From the NCBI RefSeq assembly GCF_006345805.1, contig NW_021824138.1, forward strand, positions 1-20,062: a stretch of DNA of 20,062 nucleotides, written 5' to 3'. Both the position numbers and the translations under genes were made by a program. Below the pieces are notes generated by a model, which was not told where the DNA came from, did not search any database, and saw nothing but the letters and a program-made list of their open reading frames with translations. Shown in pieces: positions 1 through 9,450 of the stretch. Within the stretch, counting starts at the first letter, position 1, and the number at the start of each line of letters is the position of its first letter. The DNA is from Octopus sinensis (taxonomy: Eukaryota).

Positions 1-33
1 AAATATTGACAGAAAATCACTTTGCTTCTATGA

Positions 34-300
34 GCACGCACACACACGCACACACACACACACATACACACACACACACACACACTCACACATAGTGCGT
101 GTGTGTATGAATGTAAGCAAAATGATTATATATATATTATACTCTGTGTGTGTGTATGTATGTATGTACGTACATATATATATATATATATACATACATA
201 CATATATATATATATACACATATATATACATATATATATATACTTATATAATACATATATATATATATTTTTATATATATATAATATATATAATATATAT

Positions 301-331
<31 letters not shown>

Positions 332-398
332 TATCTATACATATATATGCATATATATGTATGTACTATGTGTGTGTGTCTGTACCTATATATATGTC
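34..398. repeat. compound microsatellite (CA)n/(TG)n/(TA)n
   Basis: Direct reading; the overlapping ORFs are YI/HT/CV dipeptide runs. Confidence 0.95.
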
Positions 399-526
399 AA
401 TAAGGGCTCACAAATGCGCCACCCTGATAGAAATAAGAGTTAAAGCACTCGTTTAAAACACCAATAATAATACTAAAATTTACGATAGAAAATCAACAGT
501 ATTATTAACTATTTATATTCCACTGG

Positions 527-601
<75 letters not shown>

Positions 602-666
602 TCTTTATAAATATTAATTCCTGAATATTTGCTCCTTATTAGTATATACATACATACATACATACA

Positions 667-714
<48 letters not shown>
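527..714. repeat. (AAT)n tract 527-601, then (TACA)n/(TA)n 645-714
   Basis: Direct reading. Confidence 0.95.
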
Positions 715-747
715 ATGTTCATATGTATATCTTCTAGATTTTACCCT

Positions 748-935
748 TTACGTATTTCAGTCATGTTTTAGACTGTGGCTATGCTGGAGCACTGCTTTGA
801 AGAATATTTTAATTCAATGAATCGAACCAAGTACTTCTTTTTTTAGACCTAGTGATTATTCTACCGGCTTCGTTGGCCGAACTTCTATGTTAAGGGGACA
901 TAAACACACCAACACGGTAGAAACACAGACACAAA
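748..935 (-). mobile_element. SINE family A, diverged 3' segment
   Basis: Matches 2895-3070 (tttcagtcat..gactgtggc.atgctgga.cac; gccgaac..ggggac.taaacacacca) and the reverse complement of 10885-11075. Confidence 0.75.
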
Positions 936-1039
936 ACACCCGCAAACACACAACAACATGAAATGGAACAAAAACGCAATAGAAGACAATGTTGAGAGGG
1001 ACAAGGACACACACACGTAAATATGTGTGTGTGTGTGTG

Positions 1040-1078
<39 letters not shown>

Positions 1079-1080
1079 TA

Positions 1081-1110
<30 letters not shown>

Positions 1111-1111
<1 letters not shown>

Positions 1112-1355
1112 ATAAAGGGTAAAAATTAATTAATCAATTAAAATTAATAATTTTACCAAGTAGTTCGGTATGTTAAAAAAACGATTATCGGTAAACTTAT
1201 AGAAAAATTTTATAATTATGAGCATAATTATAATTAGGGTTCAGCAAAATTTGCTTCACCACAAACCGAAATTTAGAAATAGCAGTTAAAATACCATTCT
1301 ACTTCCATAAGATATCTCCCAGACAGCAATACATATGCTCATAATTATAGAATTT
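1111..1355. repeat. short element between (TA)n tracts with a 22-bp inverted repeat; possible Penelope-like terminal fragment
   Basis: aaattttataattatgagcata (1205-1226) vs tatgctcataattatagaattt (1334-1355), 21/22 complementary. Family assignment is inference. Confidence 0.5.
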
Positions 1356-1377
1356 ATATATATATATATGCTTATAT

Positions 1378-1428
<51 letters not shown>

Positions 1429-1559
1429 ACAGAGAATGGGTTGAGAATGGGGATGTATATAGATATAATGATGTGCGTGTGTCAGCAATTTCTGTCTATT
1501 AAATTCACGGAACGAAAATTGAAAGGCAGGGAGCTAAGGTGAAAGACTCTTCTGTAAGA

Positions 1560-1660
1560 AGGAAAGGCGGAGTTGATCTCATTGAAAGACTGAGCGCCGC
1601 AGAGGAACGGAAGAAATATCGTGAGACCTTCTACTCGAAGCTTTAATGGTTCTGCCAGAC
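1560..1660 (-). mobile_element. SINE family C, old diverged 5' fragment
   Basis: gaaaggcggagttgatctc...gaaatatcg...ggttctgccag resembles the reverse complement of the family C head (6294-6400). Confidence 0.5.
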
Positions 1661-2092
1661 ATCAGTACAAGTGCATGCATACCAAGATACTACATACATT
1701 TGTACATATACGCACACACACACAGACACAGACACACACATGTACATATACGAAATATATACGTAGATAGATAATTAAATTGATATGGATATTAACCTAT
1801 ATGCGTAAATACGTACTTTATAAGTGTATTTGTGTGCGTGTGTATGTGTGTGTGTCAAGAGAGAAAGAAAGAGAAGTACGGAGAGTCACCTCGGTGTTGC
1901 CTATCCAAAGAAAAAGGATAAGACGACGTAGAGTAAAGTACCAAATGTTCTTAATACTGAGTTTCGTATCTCGTTTAAACAGCGGCCATCTTTAAAGCGC
2001 ACGTTTTCTTCTCATTTTTCGTTCTGTCTCTACGTCGATGAAAAGTAATCATGCGCGCCACCTTTATATATGTGTCTCTGTATGATATATAG

Positions 2093-2136
<44 letters not shown>

Positions 2137-2150
2137 TATATATTATATAT

Positions 2151-2295
2151 AAAAAATATGAATTAGAGATAAAACCACTATTATGCACCTCAAACGCTAA
2201 TTCATATTTTATATATTTATACTGTGAAATTTTATTTAATACTAAATTAATTTCTCCCTGTAAGTTTGGAGTTATACTCCCTATTATTGTTATAT
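2151..2295. repeat. short dispersed repeat in (TA)n with a perfect 14-bp inverted repeat
   Basis: aaaatatgaattag (2153-2166)/ctaattcatatttt (2197-2210); 2223-2280 is similar to 8553-8614 (tgtgaaattt...ctgtaagtttgga). Confidence 0.55.
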
Positions 2296-2758
2296 ATATA
2301 TATAAAGTATAATATATTATATAGATATATATATATATATTATATATATATTACAACATGACTTTGTTTCATATATATATATACATATATATATACATAC
2401 ATCTATATTTACAGATGTGTGTGTGTATTTATATGTATGCATTAACACACGCGCCTTTGTATGTGTATACATGTGTTTGTACCTGTGTGTGTGTGTGAGT
2501 ACAGTTTTCGTTGATAAAAACACTTATTTCAAATATCTAAGTGTTATATCAGAAGTAATATTAAAAGGTGATATATATGTTTTACTTTAAACAACACATG
2601 TCATAGTTTTAATGTAGGAAGCAAAATTTATTTTCATTTACACAGAATATATCAACTGACAGCATTAGTTTGGCAGATGATGTAGATAGATGTTGTTGTT
2701 GATTAATCTGAGGTTTTGTATTTTTTCTGTGAAAGTATGTGTAATAAAAAAGAATGAA

Positions 2759-2867
2759 TAGAAGCAGGCGTAGATGTGTAGGAAGTTGTTTGGTTCCCAG
2801 CCAGGGCGGACCAAAGCCTCGTGATTGGAATCGGTAAACGGAAACAAAAGAAGCCCGTCGTATATAT
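2759..2867 (+). mobile_element. SINE family A, diverged internally deleted 5' part
   Basis: gaccaaagcctcgtgattggaatcggtaaacggaaacaaaagaagcccgtcgtatata matches the family A body. Confidence 0.7.
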
Positions 2868-3110
2868 ACTCTTTTTAACTCTTTACTCTTTTGCTTGTTT
2901 CAGTCATTTGACTGTGGCCATGCTGGAACACCGCCTTTAGTCGAATCGAATCGACCCCAGGACTTATTCTTTGTAAGCCTAGAACTTATTCTATCGGTCC
3001 TTTTTGCCGAACCGCTAAGTTACGGGGACGTAAACACACCAGCATCGGTTGTCAAGCGATGTTGGGGCGGTGGTACAAACAGATACACAAACATATACAC
3101 CCCATACATA

Positions 3111-3174
<64 letters not shown>

Positions 3175-3292
3175 ATATATATATAAAATATACATATATA
3201 AGACGGCTTCTTTCAGTTTCCGTCTACCAAATCCACTCACAAGGCTTTGGTTGGCCCGAGGCTATAGTAGAAAACACTTGCCCAAGGTGCCA
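2868..3292 (-). mobile_element. SINE family A, 5'-truncated, with internal (CA)/(TA) microsatellite
   Basis: 3201-3292 is the reverse-complemented family A body, 3076-3200 the microsatellite and 2868-3072 the 3' segment; same order as the full copy at 10636-11085. Confidence 0.85.
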
Positions 3293-3484
3293 AGCGTCAT
3301 CATCACCACCATAATCTTCAGTATCCTCCACATCATTAGCTACAGCATCGACAAAATAATTAACGCTGATCTACCCATACCTCGCCTCCCATTCATTTGT
3401 TTTCATCTGTTTTCCCACTTTCTTTTAGTCATTAATCAATTACCAAGGCAATATTTTGTACATTCGCATAAGCCCTACACATAA

Positions 3485-3665
3485 CCGTTAAGCCCTACAC
3501 ATTTTTTTCGGTCTCCCTTTTTTTTTTTTTTTGCTTTTCTTCCTCTTATTCCTTTCTGTCGAGGAGCGTAAGCTCGAAATGTAAAAAAGACATTTCCATT
3601 CTCCCGAGGGTTAAACTATTACACCTGGTTGTTGTTCTTTCACCTGTCTTCGTCTTTTTTTTTCA
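3485..3665 (+). mobile_element. dispersed repeat family P (probably Penelope-like-derived), copy 1
   Basis: Collinear with 18214-18395 (agcc.ctacac, gagcgta.gctcgaaa.gtaaaa, cacctgtcttcgtctttt); contains a hammerhead-like motif. Confidence 0.7.
3552..3586 (+). ncRNA. minimal hammerhead-like motif with variant core CUGUCGA
   Basis: ttt-CTGTCGA(3556-3562)-g-GAGC gtaa GCTC-GAAA(3576-3579)-tGTA-aaa; A6 of CUGANGA is replaced by U. Confidence 0.4.
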
Positions 3666-3669
3666 CACC

Positions 3670-3721
3670 GTCTCCGATGAAAGGATATAATTAATAAATA
3701 TCTTGGAAACAGCTGTAAGAC
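3670..3721 (+). ncRNA. type I hammerhead-ribozyme-like motif (core CCGAUGA)
   Basis: Stem I gtct(3670-73)/agac(3718-21); CCGATGA 3674-80; stem II aggatat(3682-88)/atatctt(3698-3704); GAAA 3706-09; palindromic stem III acagctgt 3709-16; GUA triplet ending 3717. Confidence 0.65.
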
Positions 3722-3902
3722 CTATTTATAAATGTTCTAAAATCTTCGCAGCTTTGGTTCTTTTTTTTATTCTGAAAAAAAAAATTATATACATATATAT
3801 ATACAGATATATATACATATATACTCACAAACATAGGTATAACTTCGTGTACGTATCCACATATATATAAATACATATAAGCACATTCTCACACACAAAC
3901 TT

Positions 3903-3937
3903 AGATAGATAGATAGATTGATAGAAAAATAGAAAGG

Positions 3938-3970
<33 letters not shown>

Positions 3971-4029
3971 TGACAGCTGTATATATTATATATATATTTG
4001 CATATACACATATGTGTATACCACACACT

Positions 4030-4110
<81 letters not shown>

Positions 4111-4175
4111 CATCATATATATATTATATATATGATATATACATACACATATATATATATATATATTATATATAT

Positions 4176-4207
<32 letters not shown>

Positions 4208-4220
4208 GTATGTATATAAG
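3903..4220. repeat. compound microsatellite (GATA)n/(GACA)n/(TA)n
   Basis: Direct reading. Confidence 0.9.
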
Positions 4221-4566
4221 ATATACGAGACTTCAAAACTTACAATACACGCCTACGCTCGTGGTAATTAGCTGTACCTTCCATAAGCCGATAGCTTAAT
4301 GCTCTACGCCATGAGCAAGTCAGCGAATTCCGTTCCCCCCTCTTTTTTTACTACTTATACATTTTTCTTTAAATTTGCTGTTTGCCTTTAATTTTTTTTT
4401 TTAAAGAAAAAGACAAATCAGAAAATGAGAAATAGCAGCCAAATATTATTAATGTCTTTAATTATGAAAGTGTAATAAATAAATGTAATAAACTATTGAA
4501 TCACGTGATGTGACGAAGAAAATTTGTGACTGTAAAATGAAACCGCGCTGATTAATCATTTAAAGA

Positions 4567-4947
4567 AGCACTCCGTCGGTTACGACGACGAGGGTTCCGG
4601 TTGATCCGAATCAACGGAACAGCCTGCTCGTGAAATTAACGTGTAAGTGGCTGAGCACTCCACATACACGTGTACCCTTAACGTAGTTCTCGGGGATATT
4701 CAGCGTGACACAGAGAGTGACAAGGCCGGCCCTTTGAAATACAGGTACAACAGAAACAGGAAGTAAGAGTGAGAGAAAGTTGTGGTGAAAGAGTACAGCA
4801 GGGATCACCACCATCCCCTGCCGGAGCCTCGTGGAGCTTTAGGTGTTTTCGCTCAATAAACACTCACAACGCCCGGTCTGGGAATCGAAACCGCGATCCT
4901 ATGACCGCGAGTCCGCTGCCCTAACCACTGGGCCATTGCGCCTCCAC
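4567..4947 (-). mobile_element. tRNA-derived SINE family D, full length with 17-bp TSD
   Basis: TSD gattaatcatttaaaga at 4550-4566 and 4948-4964; minus-strand head gtggaggcgcaaTGGCCCAGTGGttagg...GTTTCGATTCC with pol III A/B boxes; head shared with 11566-11753. Confidence 0.92.
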
Positions 4948-5126
4948 GATTAATCATTTAAAGACAATGTGATACCTCGTTATGGTAGTAAGCTTTAATT
5001 TAGTACTGCAGTATTCTGAATACACGCATACTAAATCACAAACACTTACATACACACACACACACACACAGGCGTACAACCCCCCCCCCTACAACACACA
5101 CCACACAAACACAAACTTATTTTGTA

Positions 5127-5200
5127 TCTTCTGCTATAGCTTTGGGCAAACCAAGGACTTGTGAGTGGATTTGGCTTGACGGAAACTGAAAGGAACCCGT
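5127..5200 (+). mobile_element. SINE family A body fragment followed by (TATG)n
   Basis: tcttctgctatagc...cttgtgagtggatttggc.tgacggaaactgaaagga.cccgt. Confidence 0.75.
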
Positions 5201-5262
5201 GATGTATGTGTGTATGTATGTATGTATGTATGTATGTATGTATGTATGTATGTATGTATGTG

Positions 5263-5452
5263 TCTTCTTCTCTGGGCTGGCTTCTCAAAGATGATCTTCT
5301 TTTCTGAGCTGGCTTCTGGAGCAAGAAACCCTGGAAGGCCACTGATGCTATACAAGGACAGTCTGAAAACTTCCTTTGAGGACTGCGACATTTCAGCCCA
5401 CAGTTGGGAAATCGCTTGCCTCTGACTGCGGCGCCTGGCGTCCAGCTGTCCA
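5263..5452 (+). pseudogene. RTE-clade LINE ORF2 C-terminal fragment (degenerate)
   Basis: KMIFFSELASGARNPGRPLMLYKDSLKTSFEDCDISAHSWEIA, then after a frameshift DCGAWRPAV; this fits the recalled RTE/BovB C-terminal pattern ELxxGxRxxGxxxxRYKDxLK...WExxAxDRxxWR. Confidence 0.75.
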
Positions 5453-5663
5453 AATACACACACGCATATATATACATACGCACGCACACACACACACACA
5501 CAACACACACACACACACACGACTACGTGTATGTCCGTGTGTGTTATAGTATCGGTGTTAGGGCAGTGACTGTTAGCGTTTCGATTTTAATCTCGGGTAT
5601 CCACCCCGCAACTTATTTCTGTCTCCCATTTATTTTATCATTGCATATTCGTCGAGTATATAA

Positions 5664-5820
5664 GACGACGAGCTAACACAATCATTAGCACGCCGGACAA
5701 AATTCTTATTGGAATTTCGTCCCGTCTTTATGCTGTGAGTTCAAATTCCGCCGCGGTCAACTTTACCTAGACTCCTTCCCACAAATCTGAAGCCTTGTGT
5801 CTATAGCAGAAAGGATATTT
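5664..5820 (+). mobile_element. SINE family C, older diverged copy with a different 3' end
   Basis: gacgagcta.cacaatcattagcacgccggacaaaat...gagttcaaattccgccgcggtcaacttt matches the family C head. Confidence 0.7.
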
Positions 5821-6165
5821 GTCGAACATACATACAAACAAACTAACATCACATATGCCAAATGTATTTAATTCTTGAAAATGAGACTGCGAAGTTCTAG
5901 AAACGTCGGATATGAATTCAGAGATTCGATTTTCCAGGACGAACTGTAAAATGCTAATAGGAATATATGGAAAAAATCTAAAGTAAAAAGATGAAACTTG
6001 AACGTCGTGTATTTAATGAAGAATATTTGTACGCATGTACATTCGTTTATGTATTACAGACGTACATACATACGTATGTGCATATGTATGTATTAGGTTG
6101 TCCGGAAAGTTCGTGCCGATTTTTAAAAGAAAGATACAGGTCAACAAATACTTGCCATTACATTT

Positions 6166-6722
6166 TTAATCAACCAAATATGAACCATTTTGTTGCACAA
6201 TGCGTCTCCATCTTTCCTTTAACTTGAAAATACCCTCTTCCCAGAACTGAGGTGGTTTCATGGCAAAGAATTCATCAAGGTATATTGATGCCAGCGGCGA
6301 GCTGGCAGAAACGTTAGCACGCCGGGCGAAATTCGTAGCCGTATTTCGTCTGTCGTTGCGTTCCGAGTTCAAATTCCGCCGAGGTCGACTTTGCCTTTCA
6401 TTCATCCTTTCGGGGTCGATAAATTAGTACCAGTTACGCACTGGGGTCGATGTAATCGACTTAATCCCTTTGTCTGTCCTTGTTTGTCCCCTCTGTGTTT
6501 AGCCCCTTGTGGGTAGTAAAGAAATATATATTTTTGCGTCATCCAATGAATTGAAATTTTTACCATTAAGACTATTCTGCAGAGACCTGAATAAGTGGAA
6601 ATCCGAAGGAGCAATCTTTGGTGAATATGGAGGGTGAGGTAACACATCCCAGCCGAGCTGCAGCAATTTTTGTCTGGTTCCCAAAGCATCAAGTGCCGAA
6701 AATGAACTTTCTTATCTTCCAT
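6166..6722 (-). pseudogene. mariner transposase remnant (mellifera-subfamily-like), internally deleted and SINE-interrupted
   Basis: N-terminus MEDKKVHFRHLMLWE fused out of frame to TRQKLLQLGWDVLPHPPYSPKIAPSDFHLFRSLQNSLNGKNFNSLDDAKIY|LDEFFAMKPPQFWEEGIFKLKERWRRIVQQNGSYLVD*; YSPxxAPSD mariner motif present. Confidence 0.9.
6294..6526 (+). mobile_element. tRNA-derived SINE family C inserted in the mariner
   Basis: B box gagttcaaattcc 6365-6377; tatatt duplicated at 6281-6286 and 6527-6532; removing the insert restores the DAKIYLDE frame. The central gcctttcat..cctttcggggtcgataaatt.agtaccag resembles the Meta/MESC SINE domain (from recall). Confidence 0.92.
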
Positions 6723-7078
6723 TTTAAAGGGTTACAGAATTAACACAGGTTATAGGGACATAAACCTTCTTCCACGAAAAGATAGCTTAAACTGTGATCT
6801 AAATGGAGATGTAGTCAAATCTTGTTTTATGGACTCAACCCTGTTCTAAAATAAGTAGAAAGGTTAGCTACTATAAATCGGCACGAACTTTCCGGACAAC
6901 ATCTCTCGGTTATTTGCGTTGACAAAACACACACGCACATGTACACACACACATTCTATTCTTACACAGAAAAGTAAATGCGAATGTCATTACACGTCTC
7001 ACAGTTCGTTAACCACTCATCAGAGGGTAAGTATAATCACATTCCTCAATCCACAAGAAAAACTACAGTAAAGTGCTA

Positions 7079-7166
7079 TTTAAATAGTTAAGCTACAGTT
7101 AACACGCTCAAAATTGAAATGAATACATCAGTTTAAAGCTTGCTAACTGTAGCTTAACTATTTAAA
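7079..7166. repeat. 88-nt fold-back with a perfect 23-bp outer stem
   Basis: tttaaatagttaagctacagtta (7079-7101)/taactgtagcttaactatttaaa (7144-7166); imperfect pairing continues inward to a ~10-nt loop. Confidence 0.85.
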
Positions 7167-7214
7167 ATGAAGTGAACACATCATGTTATACATTTCATGC
7201 AACATGGTTCCGCA

Positions 7215-7348
7215 CAGTCTCTGTCGAGTGAATTTTAATCACAAGGCCTTGGTTCACTCGAAACTACGGTAGATGGGTACCGCACAAGGCGAATGAACCA
7301 AGAAACACGTGATTTCGAAACAAACATCTTAACAATACAGTCACTCAT
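7215..7348 (-). mobile_element. SINE family A, old diverged copy
   Basis: tcacaaggccttggttcactcgaaactacggtaga...tacagtcactc aligns loosely with 15017-15138. Confidence 0.5.
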
Positions 7349-7397
7349 TAGTTTAATACAGACACTTTTTATCGATCGATATTTTACATCGGCAAAA

Positions 7398-7675
7398 GGC
7401 GGCGAGCTGGCAGAAACGTTAGCACGCCGGGCGAAATGCCTAGCGGTATTTCGTCTGCCGTTACGTTCTGAGTTCAAATTCCGCCGAGGTCGACTTTGCT
7501 TTTCATCCTTTCGGAATCGATTAAATAACTACCAGTTGCGCACTGGGGTCGATATAATCAACTTAATGCGTTTGTCTGTCCTTGTTTGTCCACTCTGTAT
7601 TTAGCCCCTTGTGGGTAGTAAAGAAATAGGTATTTCGTCTGCCGCTACTTTCTGAGTTCAAATTCCGCCGAGGTC
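7398..7675 (+). mobile_element. SINE family C with a 3' re-entry into its own internal sequence
   Basis: Full copy 7398-7628, then 7629-7675 repeats 7446-7491 (ggtatttcgtctgccg...ccgccgaggtc). Confidence 0.9.
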
Positions 7676-8039
7676 AGAATCAGTCTTAGACAAAATGGGA
7701 TCAATCGTGCGAGTTTCATTATGGTTGGTTGACGGAGACTTCCGGTATCTTGACCCGGTGTGTCAGTTAGAATTCGTTTCTCATTTCTCCTTCAGTTCTT
7801 TTCTTTAGTTAAAGAGACCTGGATGTTTTTCTTACGATTATATAAGTAAATTCGCAAACGTATGACTCTCAAAGGATGTGAGATGTGATCTGAATATTGG
7901 CTGTGAGAAATCACATAAAGTCGTTAAACGATCGCTTCCCAGATTCATTTGAATTCAAGACGTATAATTTAGCGATTACAAGGTTTGATGTCCGGGACGT
8001 TATCTCCCCTGTTGTTAATCGCTGGTTCTCTGCTTGGTA

Positions 8040-8135
8040 AGCATGGGGAACTGACAGAGTCGTTAGATTGTCGGGAAAAATTTGCTCTACAGCATTTTGC
8101 TCCGGCTCTTTACTTACTAAGTTCAAATCCACAAA
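8040..8135 (+). mobile_element. SINE family C-like head, highly diverged
   Basis: gaactgacagagtcgttag...aagttcaaatcc; a similar relic lies at 11285-11390. Confidence 0.4.
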
Positions 8136-8619
8136 GGTGTAAAACTGATTTTTCTTTAGAAACAGCTATCCTCGAAAGCTGTATTTTGATAAAGAGTCAT
8201 GCTGTTAATTAGATTGTTGGAGCTGATAAGAGAGTGGATGGAATTTCCTATACTCGACGCAGTTTGACAATAACCATTATATCTCTGACTAGACGGAATC
8301 CAAACCACACGATAGTGATAATAAACCCGGTAGACCTAATTAGCATTTTTAAGCTTTATATAACATAAGCGTGTTTTATACTATTGTTGTTGATAATGCC
8401 GAGGAAGTAAGTCGATTCCGATAGAGCCAATGAGCTTATGTAATAACAACAATCGGTTTAGCGAAGCATGTATATGTATATAAAGTTTAACATTACCAAC
8501 TACGTTTTCTACGTTCATTGTTACCATACATATACATACCTACATACATATATGTGAAATTTGATTTAGTATTTCTAAATTGAATTTTTCTCTGTAAGTT
8601 TGGAATAATATTCCTTCAT

Positions 8620-8790
8620 ACAAGCTGGCCAATGAACAAAAGCATTCCATTTGTGATCATCCCTTCTTTTTCTCACACAAATTCTGTATGAAGACTACAA
8701 TACTGAATATATCTTTTATTTCCTAAGATGTTAAGGGTGTGTGATATGAGGGAGATTTGACTGCTATTTCTAACAGGTCCAGTAACCATG
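8620..8790 (-). repeat. dispersed repeat family E
   Basis: Reverse complement contains cctgttagaaatagcagtcaaatctccctcatatcacacaccct, matching the array unit at 9451-9746 and 9916-10105. Confidence 0.6.
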
Positions 8791-9450
8791 CAGGATCTCC
8801 GCCTTCACAGCAAAAAGGAAGCCATTACTGTCGAAAATTTTCTGACATCTGTCACTGTGGAGTTGCTTGTCTATCAACACCACGATTAAGTCTGACGTAA
8901 TCTATAAACATAATGGCTGTCGATAATATTATCTTGGCTTATCTGGCTTCACCTCCTCGCAGACATTCGCAACATCAAGGATAACAGATTTGATTGACAA
9001 GCGTGACGTTCCGAGAGCATTGTGATGTCTTGGGATCAAAGAACTCACAAGAAGAAAAATATTTCCATTCAAATAAGTAAACGGGATCTATATTTAAAGA
9101 TGTGGCATTGACTGAGATGAACAGTCCAGCCATTTTGTCACCAGTTCGTAAATGACGTTCTGTACCAGCAGACGACATCTACTGATAACATATTCATAAT
9201 CTCTGTTTAACCATGCATCAGGAATGTTGGATTTTGTCTTATCTACAATCCAAAGACCTAGACAGAGACAGAAAAGCTAAATCTTATACAAATCTCTCTT
9301 GAGATTATAGGTAGCAGCGATTCTTTCGCTACCAGCAATGGCGGATGTTATATCGTCTGATTTATCGAATAGCTCATTCCGCCGTGTAAACAACATTTGA
9401 TTAAGCACGAGTTTTCTTTAGCTATCGATTGATACTTTATGTGGTTGCTC

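Larger units (their letters stand above)
6093..6900 (-). mobile_element. mariner (Tc1/mariner) non-autonomous internal-deletion derivative
   Basis: Perfect 26-bp inverted repeats 6097-6122 / 6875-6900; left end ta|ttaggttg with TA target; the right end lacks its outermost bases; transposase remnants inside. Confidence 0.93.

Noticed and set aside
6996-7027. Minus-strand CTGATGA-gtggttaac-GAAC motif
   Set aside because: No GAAA, and no credible stem III, cleavage triplet or stem I.
7700-7765. Segment sharing ccggta.cttgacc with 10553-10566, with faint minus-strand hammerhead-like words
   Set aside because: Similarity is too short and the core too degraded to support a call.
8141-8187. Hammerhead-like layout aaaa-CTGATT...GAAACAGCT...AGCTGTA-tttt
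   Set aside because: G8A9 is missing and there is no stem II; too degenerate to call.
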